This document shows, piece after piece, positions 1 through 13,000 of a stretch of DNA of 64,000 nt. A program made the translations under genes and the position numbers. The notes under the pieces were generated by a model. The model searched no databases. It saw only the letters and a list, made by a program, of their open reading frames with translations, and had not been told where the DNA came from. Source of the DNA: Macrostomum hystrix (lineage: Eukaryota; Animalia; Platyhelminthes); NCBI GenBank assembly GCA_950097015.1, contig CATNEN010000038.1, forward strand, positions 28,644,001-28,708,000, written 5' to 3'. Each line of letters starts with the position of its first letter. The first letter of the stretch is position 1.

Positions 1-590
1 CAACTCACTAGGATCCCAACTCACTAGGATCCCAACTCACTGAGATCCCAACTCACTAGGATCCCAACTCACTAGGATCCCAACTCACTGAGATCCCAAC
101 TCATTGAGATTCCAACTTTCTCAGATCCCAGGGGGGTCGGTGGCAGAGCGGTTATCGCGTTTGCCTCTCGCACCAAGGTCCCTAAGTTCGATTCCACGGC
201 GAGGCCACATTTATTTGGGGCGCAGCCGCGGAGAGAAGGCTTGGGGGCTTGTCGTGCAATTTACACCCTTGTGGGCCAACCTCCAAGGCACAGTGAAATG
301 TACACGGCCTGACGATGAGAAAGTCAGGGGCAGAGGTACACACCTGTGTGAGCGTGTGCCTGCGTACAGTATCCGTGTGCGTGTGTGCTCAGGAGTCAGC
401 GAAATGGGCAGAATTGCCTCCTCGCTGGCTGCGGGTCTGGTGTCACTAAATGATGTGCCACTGCCCGCAGCCCTCCTGCAATTATTATTATTATAATATT
501 ATTACTCAGATCCCAACTCACTGATATACCAGCTCACAAATATACCAACTCATTGAGATCCCAACTCACAGAGATCCCGAACTGAATAAA
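1..590. repeat. 16-bp minisatellite (GATCCCAACTCACTAG), interrupted by a SINE at 131-504
   Basis: Unit repeated directly at 1-130 and resumes, degenerate, at 505-590. Confidence 0.9.
131..504 (+). mobile_element. tRNA-derived SINE family A, full-length copy
   Basis: Pol III A box TGGCAGAGCGG and B box GTTCGATTCC in a tRNA-like head; (ATT)n tail; flanking direct repeat CTCAGATCCCA (120-130 / 505-515), which may partly reflect the host repeat; four more copies in the window. Confidence 0.88.
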
Positions 591-942
591 ATCCCAAAAC
601 TAACATAAATTGATTCACACAAAGCTTTAGCTTTAGCATGAAAAAAATGCAAAAGACAAAACAATATAAAAACAAAAAAATCGAAAGAAATTTATTTACA
701 AAAACGGTACTTTAAAAATACAAGATTTATAAAAGAGGTACTGCATTTTTAGGTAAAAAAAATAAACAATTGTAGCAAAAATATGCTCACAGAAACGAAC
801 CAATTAATGATATTGAAAATGCAAGCGGTATATACACAGGATAAAAGACTGGGAATATTTAAAAGTTACGGCACATGCTAAATATTAAGTTGACACAATA
901 TTGAACATTATATAAAACAGGCAACATTATATTGCATTGTTA

Positions 943-2737
943 CTAAGCAATCAGGTCACAAACACTGACGGTATCAACCAGTTCAACGCCAGACGATAAT
1001 ACAGCATCTAGGGCCTGCTGATCAGCGGACAGACAGTCGGCATCCAGGCCGCATCGCTGGCACTGGCGCGGATTGCCAGACTCCATGTAGAGCGATAAGC
1101 ATGTCGGGCACATCGGCCTACCATTGCAAAGGCGAGACGCGCAGAGAGATTTTACCAGAATTAGGCGGACATTGTCTGGTAGGCGCTCCCGCAGGCGGCA
1201 TGCTGAGTGACGCAGACTGGAAGTCAACGGACCGCCGCCAATGTAGATTGTGTCTAATTGACGCTCGCGAACTAGGCGCCAAAGGTGCTGCATGACAACA
1301 ACCTGGCAACGGTTATAAAAATGAAATTTTCACTGAATAAAATATCTGAAAATATCAACTGAGAGGGCCCATATCCCATGCAATGATAAACCTAAAGAAG
1401 AAATCTCTCAAAATGATGAAGCGAAGGAAGAAATCTCAGATATTGATAAACTAAAAGAAGAAGAAATCTCTCAAAAGGATGAAGCGAAGGAAGAAATCTC
1501 AGATATTGATAAACTGAAAGAAGAAATTTCTTAAAAGGATGAAGCGAAGGAAGAAATCTCAGATATTGATAAACTGAAAGAAGAAATCTCTCAGAAGGAT
1601 GAAGCGAAGGAAGAAATCTCAGATATTGATAAACTGATAGAAGAAATCTCTCAAAATGATGAAGCGAAGGAAGAAATCTCAGATATTGATAAACTAAAAG
1701 AAGAAGAAATCTCTCAAAAGGATGAAGCGAAGGAAGAAATCTCAGATATTGATAAAATAAAGGAAGAAATCTCTCAAAAGGATGAAGCGAAGGAAGAAAT
1801 CTCAGATATTGATAAACCTGAAAGAAGAAGAAATCTCTCAAAATGATGAAGCGAAGGAAGAAATCTCAGATATTGATAAACTGAAAGAAGAAATCTCTCA
1901 AAATGATGAAGCGAAGGAAGAAATCTCAGATATTGATAAACTAAAAGAAGAAGAAATCTCTCAAAAGGATGAAGCGAAGGAAGAAATCTCAGATATTGAT
2001 AAACTGAAAGAAGAAATCTCTCAAAAGGATGAAGCGAAGGAAGAAATCTCAGATATTGATAAACTAAAAGAAGAAATCTCTCAAAAGGATGAAGCGAAGG
2101 AAGAAATCTCAGATATTGATAAACTAAAAGAAGAAGAAATTTCTCAAAAGGATGAAGCGAAGGAAGAAATCTCAGATATTGATAAACTAAAAGAAGAAGA
2201 AATCTCTCAAAAGGATGAAGCTAAGGAAGAAATCTCAGATATTGATAAACTAAAAGAAGAAGAAATCTCTCAAAAGGATGAAGCGAAGGAAGAAATCTCA
2301 GATATTGATAAACTAAAAGAAGAAGAAATCTCACGAAATGATCAAGCGAAAGAACAAAATCTCACGTAATTATAAACCTGCCGGAATAAAACATAGAAAA
2401 TGATATAATAAAGGCAAATATTTCAGGAATTGGCAATCAGAAAGAAGAAACCTACTGAAGTGCACAGATTGGTGCCAGATTTGGGCAGGGCAACGAGCTG
2501 CCGAGAATCGGCCAGTCTAGCCAGACCCGGATACAGATCCAGGGGTCGGCTTGGCCCGTTGCCATGGTGACGCAAGTCAAACAGCGTATAGACCAGCAGT
2601 ACACGATCGGATGGTAATCCGGGATTTTCAATCAGGTGTGCAGCTCTCTCATAGGCAGCCAAGATTGGGGCGGCATCAGCACCTGACCAGTTGGCTAAAA
2701 AAGCCAATTGACAATCGACTAGCAAAAGAAGTTTTGT
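943..2737 (-). CDS. Isochorismatase/cysteine-hydrolase-like protein, divergent; exons 2737-2456 and 1302-943; start codon not found
   Basis: Spliced translation TKLLLLVDCQLAF...LVALPKSGTNLCTS|VVVMQHLWRLVRERQLDTIYIGGGPLTSSLRHSA...VRLILVKSLCAS...QALDAVLSSGVELVDT follows the family pattern (LLVIDxQxxF; Lys; DTxxxxG...CVxxTA; final helix and strand). GT-AG phase-0 intron 2455-1303; acceptor cttcag at 2738. Confidence 0.7.
1390..2370. repeat. 60-63-bp intronic minisatellite (two GAAGAAATCTC sub-units)
   Basis: About 15 direct copies inside the intron of the isochorismatase-like gene. Confidence 0.92.
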
Positions 2738-3841
2738 CTGAAGATTTAGTGTGATATATGGTGTGTAACAGAAACTGTTATTTGTAAAATATTATGGTGG
2801 GCACAGTAAAAAAATATTTGATATATAGAAATTGAGGGGTACATAAGGGGGCCAATGTACAAGTAGATTGTTTCTATAACTAGTAGATCTGCGAATATCT
2901 GCAAACAAATCATCTGATAAACTTTAAATAGCTAGTTGACCTTTTAAGTTTATCAGACTGTTGATATTTGTCAACAACTCCTGCTTGATCACCCAGTGGA
3001 ACTTAAGAAGTTGAGACTGATTAAAGTAAATTTATGCTTTATTCTTGGGTCATTGGCAATTTAGCTTGGTCAACACAAGAGGAACATTGGGTCCATGATC
3101 AGACTACTACACTACTTATTTTAATAATTTAGTGCCACATATCTGGGTACCTGCATTCTAACATATGGTTGGTTTGCCTAAGCTAGATTGGCAAATCATG
3201 TTGGGGTAAACCACCAATTAGCATTTTATGGATCCAAACAATGCCTCTATATCAACACTATTGAGGATGAATTTAAAATGCATATTTAGCAACATGCACA
3301 ATATATCTGATGATAAAATAATTATATCAATAATAACTATTGAAAATTAAATAATTATAAACAAAATACATTTGTGGCCTGAAATGTGGCATATAGATAC
3401 TGAAGCTAGATTTCAGGCCCTAGGTTTATGACTAAATTTGCTTGGCACTCATTTCAACTAGCCTTACATAAAAGTAAAAAAAAATATATATTATATTCAA
3501 TAATTTTCTAGATTAAGTTTTAATAGATTCAAAATTCCCAAAAGCACAATTACTACACAGCTTAGCAAGATAAAAGCATGTTTACATTGGCAATGTAAAG
3601 TTAGAAGTTTAGGCCTATAGCAAAACAATTTTGTTTTCTTAATTTTTGTGCTCGACTTGCTTAGGCCTACCTCATACCATATTTCAAGGTTTCTAGTAGG
3701 CCCCCTAGTAGTAGATTTTAGGCTTAGACAAAAAGCATTTTTTGTCTATATTGAGCTAGGGGCCTATATGTTTAAGTGAATATTAAATTAAATATTAAAT
3801 ATTAGAAGTGGATATTGGTTAATATTCAAGTGAATACTATA

Positions 3842-4309
3842 GGTACCTAGACACTTTGTCATCTTACAACTTTGTCATCCAGATGACGATCTGTCCAATA
3901 TCTCAGAGGGTGGATGACGAAGAGACTTAGACATGTGGACACTTTGTCATCTATAAAACAAAAGTTTTCAAAGTTAGAACAGAACCACCCCTCCCTATCT
4001 CCTCACATCATGTTGGCACCTATCTTTCAACTCTTATAATGCAATCAGTTTTGACACCTCTTTTTGACAATTTAGAGTGTGAAGTGTGTTCACACCTCTG
4101 CCCCACCACCCCACCCTCACTTTATTGATGACAAACTTGATTGCTTGTCATTAGGGGCCTAGTAGATGCCAAACTGACCAAACTTTAAAGCATGCCACTT
4201 GGCTAGATGATGAAGTGTCCTACCTTCCAACTCCAAGTGGATGACAAAGTTGTAAGATGATGAAGTTGTAAGATGACAAAGTTGTAAGATGACAAAGTGT
4301 CTAGGATCC
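3842..4309. mobile_element. Mutator-like MITE with 9-bp TSD
   Basis: TIRs GG(TA/AT)CCTAGACACTTTGTCATCTTACAACTTTGTCATC; TSD AATACTATA at 3833-3841 and 4310-4318; no coding capacity. Confidence 0.88.
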
Positions 4310-5617
4310 AATACTATATAATCAGGTCATAAAAATATTATAAAAAGATAAAATGAGAATTGACAAAAATAAGCAAATTTATTTAAGTGATCTGCAAGCA
4401 ACAATAGCCTACAAAACATGAGGGAGACAAATAAAAAATAATTAGGGGCCTAAACATAGAAAATGATTAGTACATTGGTATAATTACTATTAAACAACAA
4501 AAAATTATTGCAAAAAATAAAAAAGGAAAAGAGGAGGAAGCACAAGAACAGGAAAGCAAAGGAAGGAAAAATGTGGAGAGAGAAAAGGAAATTATGAGGA
4601 AAGGGACACCAGAGGGGAGAGATGGAGCACAGATAAGGTGGCAGCAAGAAGACATAACGACGCGCAGGGCCAAGAGGAGAAAGGATCATAAATGTTTCTC
4701 AAGGTGACTATAAATAAAGTGAGGAAATTCGTCATCATGTTTAGTTTTTTTGAAGAGGCAGAGGTCACGGAAGGTAGGGTTATCTTTGTTGGTGGTAGCA
4801 AGACGGATATGCTTAAAGAATTTGCAAGTACAAACATAATGACAAATGCCTCGTCCCATGCCAGAATTGCAGAAATTACAGATATCATGTTGCATGGCGA
4901 ATGTCCGACATGAACAGAACCCTAAGGACTTTAAAAAATGATTTCTACGAAAAAGTCAAAATATTATGAATATAACAAGTTTCTTTAATTTTTTGTCATG
5001 ATTCTGTTAAGTATTTTCATCTTTTAGAGAAGTGTCTTGCAAATAAAAATTAACTTTCATTGACAACTTATCGTTAATATTGCAATTCTTTTTTTTCTTC
5101 GTACATTACAACGGTTCAACTTTTTTAAACCCAGCGTTTGCTAGCGATCTGAAAAAACTTTAGGCAAGCATTGTGTTGTTCCGGCGTTACGCAAGATTTT
5201 GCGTTAGTCAAGTTGCACGAGATATTTTTCTTCTTCTGGTAATTTTCGTCATCAGCACACATTCTGTTATCAAAAACATGTTAACTCTTTTTTACGGTTG
5301 CACCCTGTATGCATTTTATCTTGGTACTTCGCACCACAAAGTTGCTTCAAAAATGATTTTTTTAAAGGGATTTTGTTGCCTGGTGTTGTACCCTAGATCT
5401 CGAATATTTGCATAAGGTTTGAGGCCTTTGTTTTGGTCACTATGTCATCCACCCTGTCAGACCCTGGACACTTCATCATCCAGATGACAAAAAAGCAGAT
5501 AACAAAGTTTCTAGGAACCATAGAGTCAACTCAAAATCAAATAAATTTGTATGTGTATAAGTGTAAATTTAAATGTTATCTATAATTTATATGCTTATCA
5601 ATTTATATTGAATACAA

Positions 5618-5961
5618 GGTCCCAGGTCATTTCGGTGACAAGACATTTCGGTGACATCATTTCGGTGACAAAATGGGTCAGTTCGGTGACAACTATTCTT
5701 GCACCTGAATATGCTTAGGAAACAGCCTTCCAGTTCCATGTGCGTAGAAAACAGCCTTCCATGTGAACTACGCACACCTATTAAGTATTATTAAATAATG
5801 ATGAATAATAATGATTAGTTCACATGGAAGGCTGTTTTCTAAGCATATTCAGGTGCAAGAATAGTTGTCATTAAACTGACCAATTCTGTCACCGAAACGA
5901 CTTGAGTTGTCACCGAAATGACTGTCACCGAAATGTCTTGTCACCGAAATGACCTGGGACC
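5618..5961. mobile_element. Foldback/Mutator-like MITE, nearly fully palindromic, 8-bp TSD
   Basis: TIR GGTCCCAGGTCATTTCGGTGACAAGACATTTCGGTGACA extending about 150 bp inward; TSD GAATACAA at 5610-5617 and 5962-5969. Confidence 0.88.
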
Positions 5962-7987
5962 GAATACAATCACACTGTTAAAGAGTTCGAATACTTAAAA
6001 AATGGAAAGAAATTAGCAGGTTACTTTTAACTGCCTCAACATTCACCAATTTGTAGGCCAAATTTTACAAGCAATTGCTCACTTATATGCCCAAAACTGA
6101 AAGGTACAGTTCTCAAAGTGGCAGTTCCAGAAAATGCTGGACACTTGAGTGTGGTTTGGCTATTGAGCACTATTAAGCAATGTAGGATAAAATAAAATGG
6201 GGTAAAATAATTATATGAAATGCGGAATAATTTAGGGGCCTAACAAAGTAGGCCTAAACTAGAACTATGCAGTTTTTACTCTTTATTACCACTTGATAGG
6301 CCTAGATGTATTTCTTGGCTTCTATTGATACGTTTGTCAATGCGTTTTGTTTTGGCACTTGCCACTTGTCTCTAGACTAATAGTCTTGTTGATTATTGGT
6401 TGCTTGGCTATGTCTAATGGACATTTGATACACTGCTCAATAGCATGTTCTTGCTATGTATTGCTGCACAGTTGTTCTCTTTTTTTGCCCAGTAGTATGA
6501 GTATATGTCATAATGTCACTCAGGCAATGAATATGACCTATGACCCTTCTTACTTAAGTTAGTGATCCTTATCAGTTGTATATTGTGTTGTGTTGATTAT
6601 AAAAAATTATTAGCAATAGTGGTAATGGTAGTTACTGACTACTGTTAGCAAAGAAAACAAAAGAGCATTAAAATTTGTTACTGTTTGTTGTTAGTTTCCA
6701 TTTTTTAAGTTAGTTATTATTTGTCAGCATCATAGTTGCCACACCTGTGCTATTTTAATGCTATTGCACTATTTTGCTTTAGCTGCACTATTGCGCTACT
6801 TTTTGTAAAATACAGTAAATCCTGTGCTAAATGATTCAAAATTGAATATTTCACATTAGTTCCCTTCCTCAGACTCATCTCATGTAGAATAGCCAGGGAA
6901 GGGAAAGAAATAAATAACTGAAAAAGACAAGTACACATACACTGAAAACATTTCATGTTATTTATTACTACCTGCTTTGTCTATCTGTCCCTCTACCTAA
7001 GATAGCTGCTCCTTAATCAGCTTGCCTCCAACCCTTTCTCCTTTCTAGGCACCTCCCATTGCTTGTGCTCTATGCCTCCACCCCCTCTTGCTATATATCT
7101 CACCCTAGTCATGCCACCCTCCCTGGGCTAGGGTGAGACTAAGCCAAAACCCTCAATGTACATATAGGGTCTGAGGGGTGGGGTTTGGTTCACCCCTGGC
7201 CCAATCGCAGTCCCACCCAAATGGCCCAGCTTAAAGCTCTTTATTTAATCACTTTTAAACAGAGAACTTGTTTTTCAACAACAAGAGACAGAAGAGACTA
7301 TTTAATTGAATATACACTTGCACCAGGCATGAGTTCCAAAGCAAAGCCTAAGCGGAAGCCAAACCAACAAGGCCGAGCCACAAAATGGGACAAAGACTGG
7401 CTAAAAGAGAAAGATAACCCTGGGCTTTGTGGACTTGTGGTTACTGCTTATGAATTTTACTGTTTATTCAAGTTTTAAACAATTTATCTAATTTTTTAGA
7501 TAAATGTTTTTCATTCAGCACTAATATTTCATTGTTTGCCAGTGGCAACTATGGTCAGCATGTTATAAAATATGTGTAGCTTTGTTTATTGGTCATTACT
7601 CAAATTGTCCTAGGGCTAACTTATAAATGCCTTTAGTTATTACTTATGTATTTATGTTTCAAAATTCTAATTAGTAGCATGATAAGTTTTATATAGTTGC
7701 ATTAATAATATGGCTCAAATATATCTCTTCTCTTCTATAATACTTTTACTTTATATCTTATTGTATTAATTCTGTAATCACTCTTTATAAGTCCTTATCC
7801 ATCGTTATCAATGTCCGTCTTTATCACTTTCCATTAATCTTATATCACTCTTCAGTCTATCTTAGGCATTAGGCATTTCTTTGAAGAAAGCTTTGTCGAC
7901 AAGTGTATAATGTATTTAGATTTTAGTTTTGCCGTGCTAGAAGCAAAGTTACTTGCTGCAAGTTACACAAATTTTATTCCTCAGCCA

Positions 7988-8659
7988 ATGGATCCAAGCG
8001 GTGGTAGTGGCGGCGGCGGCAGTTACAACACGCATTGGTCGCCAGGTACACCAAAGTTTTCAACTCCGCGCGGCGGAGGCGGTGGTGGCAGTGGATTCAC
8101 ACCTCGTCAGCCGCGTTATCCCCAGCCTCATTATGTACAGAACGCTGGTTATCATAGCGGTAACAGTCGTCCTAGAGGCGGCGGCGGCGGTGGCAGTTTT
8201 TCAAGTCCCGGCAATTATCGACCACGCGGTGGTTTTAGAGGCGGCGCTAATTATCAGACTAGTTATAATAGTAGTTTATATTTCACTCCGCCAAGCGGCA
8301 CTCATAATAGTAGCGGTGGTGGAGGCGGTGGATTTCGCTATCAGAATCAGAGCAGAGGCAGTTTCAGTGGTCGCAAACGTGATTGGTCGACAGCATCTTC
8401 GTCTGCCGGCGACAGAGTCGGAGCTTCGTCGGCTCTGTCATTAGCCAAATCTAGCATGCTGAGTGATCCTTGGGCTGGCTTGACTCCTGTGCTAGTGCCA
8501 GACAGTATAGGTGGAGCTGGAACAGCAGGTTTAGTGGCCAAGTGTGGCCAGACGCACACATTTTTAACGCCAAAAGCCGCAGCTGAAGCGGCCGGCGAAA
8601 CCGGACAGAGCGGCTCCGCTTCATTCACCTTCGCTTCGTTTAGTAGCCCCACTGGCTAA
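7988..8659 (+). CDS. MPLKIP: M-phase-specific PLK1-interacting protein (TTDN1) homologue, single coding exon
   Basis: Gly/Pro/Arg/Tyr-rich low-complexity protein with SP/TP sites and the family C-terminal motif KSSMLSDPWAGLTPV (compare KPSMLEDPWAGLEPV). ATG 7988 preferred because it follows an acceptor-like ttttattcctcag. Confidence 0.8.
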   Translation: MDPSGGSGGGGSYNTHWSPGTPKFSTPRGGGGGGSGFTPRQPRYPQPHYVQNAGYHSGNSRPRGGGGGGSFSSPGNYRPRGGFRGGANYQTSYNSSLYFTPPSGTHNSSGGGGGGFRYQNQSRGSFSGRKRDWSTASSSAGDRVGASSALSLAKSSMLSDPWAGLTPVLVPDSIGGAGTAGLVAKCGQTHTFLTPKAAAEAAGETGQSGSASFTFASFSSPTG

Positions 8660-8759
8660 GCGAGCTGGTGTCAGCGCAGTCTTGGGCGTTTAGGTTTCAC
8701 GCTGATTAAATTTTTGTCACATTTTGTTTCGTCATTTTAACATCCATTCACTATTTCCA

Positions 8760-9510
8760 CGCATGACCCAGTCCTCTCACATGATCCACCGGTCATGACC
8801 TTCCCTGTCCTCTCACATGATCCACCGGTCATGACCTTCCCTGTCCTCTCACATGATCCACCGGTCATGACCTTCCCTGTCATCTCACATGATCCACCGG
8901 TCATGACCTTCCCTGTCCTCTCACATGATCCACCGGTCATGACCTTCCCTGTCCTCTCACATGATCCACCGGTCATGACCTTTCCTGTTCTCTTTTATAA
9001 TCCACCGGTCATGACCTTCCCTGCACTCTCACATGATCCACCGGTCATGACCTTTCCTGTTCTCTTTCATAATCCACCGGTCATGACCTTCCCTGTCCTC
9101 TCACATGATCCACCGGTCATGACCTTTCCTGTTCTCTTTTATAATCCACCGGTCATGACCTTCCCTGCACTCTCACATGATCCACCAGTCATGACCTTTC
9201 CTGTTCTCTTTCATAATCCACCGGTCATGACCTTTCCTGTCCCTTCATGATCTACCGGTCATGACCTTTCCTGTTTTCTATCATGATCCACCGGTGATGA
9301 CCTTCCCTGTTCTCTATCATGATCCACCGGTGATGACCTTTCCTGTCCCTTTATGATCCACCAGTCATGACCTTTCCTGTTCCTTCATGATCCACTGGTC
9401 ATAAACTTTCCTCTTCACTATTATGATCCACCGTCATGACCTTTCCTTTTCTCTTTCATGATCCACGGTCATGACCTTTCCTGTTCTCTTATGATCCACC
9501 GGTCATTATT
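8760..9510. repeat. 36-bp minisatellite (CATGACCTTCCCTGTCCTCTCACATGATCCACCGGT)
   Basis: About 20 direct copies, decaying toward the 3' end. Confidence 0.92.
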
Positions 9511-10039
9511 TTTTCTTTAGATTCAATGAAGAAATATTCGTATGAACTAATTCTTATTCGCATTGTTTTTCGACTGCATTAATGTTAAATATTTATAGCA
9601 TCAGCCCGCAGTGGACCATAATGTTTTCACACAATGAAATAGTTACACTTTACGCTTTTTAAGTACTAAATTAAGCCATGTTAAGTTATCTCACTTATTT
9701 AATCAATGTGAATCCTGGAAATGTTAAATATAACAGCAATTCAGCATTTTGTAAAAAAAATATGTTATCTCAATTTACTTAAGAACGTGAACTTCGTTGC
9801 ATTAGACTACTTTTAGTAGAGTCATTGCGCGTAAAACTTACCGAATTCAGGTTTACCAAGTGTACATTATTTATCAAAGCTGAATGCTAAAGACTTAAGC
9901 TTGTTATCTTATCTCCGCGGTTCAAATAAGCAAAATATTTATTTGGTTTCAATTTTTAGAAGTGTCCGTTTTCTGTTTTTAATTGCTGAATTTCAGCAGC
10001 TACAAAAGTGAGAGAGATTATAGAATTTAGTATTCAAGC

Positions 10040-13000
10040 ATGGCATCAGTCAGCAATAAGTCTATAGCGATTGTTGGATCTGGTCTGTCGGGTCTTACTG
10101 CTGCCTGTCTGCTGCATAAATTAGGATTCAATGTCACCGTGTTTGAAGCGGCGGGACGTATTGGCGGCCGCACTTTTAGCGTGTGGGATGGTGAGTTGAC
10201 TGTTTGTTTTCAGGGTTTGTCCTGTACCAATAACAATGGTTTATCTAGTACCAATAACAATGGTTATCTAGTACCAATAACAATGGTTTATCTAGTACCA
10301 ATAACAATGGTTATCTAGTACCAATAACAATGGTTTATCTAGTACCAATAACAATGGTTTATCTAGTACCAGTAACAATGGTTTATCTAGTACCAATAAC
10401 AATGGTTTATCTAGTACCAGTAACAATGGTTTATCTAGTACCAATAACAATGGTTTATCTAGTACCAATCAGCAGGGTTAATCCAGTACCAATCAGCAGG
10501 GTTAATTCAGTACCAATCAACAGGGTTAATCCAGTACCAATCAGCAGGGTTAATCCAGTACCAATCAACAGGGTTAATCCAGAACCAATCAGCAGGGTTA
10601 ATCCAGTACCAATCAGCAGGGTTAATTCAGTACCAATCAACAGGGTTAATCCAGTACCAATCAGCAGGGTTAATCCAGTACCAATCAACAGGGTTAATCC
10701 AGAACCAATCAGCAGGGTTAATCCAGTACCAATCAACAGGATTAATCCAGTACCAATCAGCAGGGTTAATTCAGTACCAATCAACAGGGTTAATCCAGTA
10801 CCAATCAGCAGGGTTAATCCAGTACCAATCAACAGGGTTAATCCAGAACCAATCAGCAGGGTTAATCCAGTACCAATCAGCAGGGTTAATCCAGTACCAA
10901 TCAACAGGGTTTATCCGATGCCAATCAGCAGGGTTAATCCAGTACCAATCAGCAGGGTTAATCCAGTACCAATCAGCAGGGTTAATCCAGTACCAATCAG
11001 CAGGCTTAATCCAGTACCAATCAGCAGGGTTTATCCGATGCCAATCAGCAGGGTTAATCCAGTACCAATCAGCAGGGTTTATCCAGTACCAATCAGCAGG
11101 TTTTATCCAGTACCAATCAGCAGGGTTAATTCAGTACCAATCAACAGGGTTAATCCAGTACCAATCAGCAGGGTTAATCCAGTACCAATCAGCAGGGTTA
11201 ATCCAGTACCAATCAGCAGGGTTAATCCAGTACCAATCAGCAGGGTTAATCCAGTACCAATCAGCAGGGTTAATCCAGTACCAATCAGCAGGGTTTTTCC
11301 AGTACCAATCAACAGGGTTATTCCAGTACCAATCAGCAGGGTTAATTCAGTACCAATCAACAGGGTTAATCCAGTACCAATCAGCAGGGTTTATCCAGTA
11401 CCAATCAGCAGGGTTAATCCAGTACCAATCAGCAGGGTTAATCCAGTACCAATCAGCAGGGTTTATCCAGTACCAATCAACAGGGTTATTCCAGTACCAA
11501 TCAGCAGGGTTAATTCAGTACCAATCAACAGGGTTAATCCAGTACCAATCAGCAGGGTTAATCCAGTACCAATCAGCAGGGTTTATCCAGTACCAATCAG
11601 CAGGGTTAATCCAGTACCAATCAGCAGGGTTAATTCAGTACCAATCAACAGGGTTAATCCAGTACCAATCAGCAGGGTTAATCCAGTACCAATCAGCAGG
11701 GTTAATCCAGTACCAATCAGCAGGGTTAATCCAGTACCAATCAGCAGGGTTTATCCGATGCCAATCAGCAGGGTTTATCCAGTTCCAATCAGCAGGGTTT
11801 ATCCAGTACCAATCAGTAGGGTTTATTAAGTAACCCAGCTATTTAGTCTTTATCCCGCAGGCCGCACACAGCTAGCACTGGGTGCTCAGTGGCTGCACAG
11901 CGGTTCCTCAAATCCGCTCTATCCGCTGGTGAAACAGCTCGGCTTGTTAGACAGCGAGTATTGGCAACGCAGACAAGATAATCTGGCGGATCTATGCGAA
12001 CAGGATGTGACCTATCAGTACGATTGGAGCCAGAGTGCGGTGGTTACCGACTTAGGCGAGTCGGTTGACTGTAACTTAGCTCGACGAGCTGAACAGACTG
12101 TAAGACAACATCTGGCTGCTGCTTATGAACTGCCGGATGATCTAGTGCACGGTTGCTATGGTGATAGGATGGGCGCATTTTTAGACGCAAAATTTTCCCT
12201 GGACCTGCAGCAGGTTGGTTTTTTGTCTCCCATCTCCTTTCATCTCCCTTCATCTCCTTTTATCTCCCTTCATCTCCCTTCATCTCCTTCCATCTCCCTT
12301 CATCTCCCTTCATCTCCTTCTATCTCCTTCCATCTCCCTTCTTCTCCCTTCATCTCCCTTCATCCCCTTCCGAATCCCTTCATCTTCTTCCGTCTCCATC
12401 TATCTCCCTTTTTCTCCTCATTCTCTCTGATTTTGTCAGCAAAGTCCCTCGATGATCACATGCGCTGAAAAAGAATTTTGAAGTCATATTAAATAAATGG
12501 TTTTTAGGAGGCCAACACCGATTTATACAGCCTCGCCGTGCGCAATTTTGCTCTTTTCTACGCCAACGTTGAAGGCTTGCACAGCCTCAACGATTTGTCG
12601 ATTGTTGGCGGCTCGGAGTACACCTGCGCCGATGGACAGTGCCTTGTCATTGGCGGCTTGGCTGCTGTGGCCGAAGCCCTTGCTGCCAGACTGCCTAGAG
12701 ACTGTGTTCGGCTGCAGAATAAGGTGAAAGATCTTATCTTTTATCTAACTGCATTCATTTTGTAGTTCTTTATCTTCAAATTAGCAAGCATGAAAAGTCA
12801 GCCCTAAAAAGGGCCGTTTTTTCTAGGCATTAACAGTCATACAAAACATATCACTAGTGTCAAACCAGTACAAAATAGCTGGGTCTATATGATTGATCTA
12901 ATATAGAGATCTCTTTTCGACCGAACCCATTAAGTAGTAATCCTGTAATTTCTTTAATTTATCAAATTTACTATTCATGAAACTATGAAATGCTGCCCTA

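Noticed and set aside
131-210. tRNA gene candidates (also 14321-14392 and 52540-52612)
   Set aside because: A/B boxes are present but no convincing cloverleaf; they continue into SINE bodies.
1782-2369. Acidic repeat ORF (EEISQKDEAKEEISDIDKLK)n
   Set aside because: It is the antisense reading of an intronic minisatellite, with frameshifts and stops between units and no credible start.
7185-7478. Basic ORF (MSSKAKPKRK...KWDKDWLKE) resembling a transposase N-terminus
   Set aside because: Too short; no TIRs, TSD or downstream exons could be identified.
10330-11829. 499-aa (PVPISRVN)n ORF
   Set aside because: 24-bp repeat lying between a valid donor (10191) and acceptor (11860) of oxidase 1.
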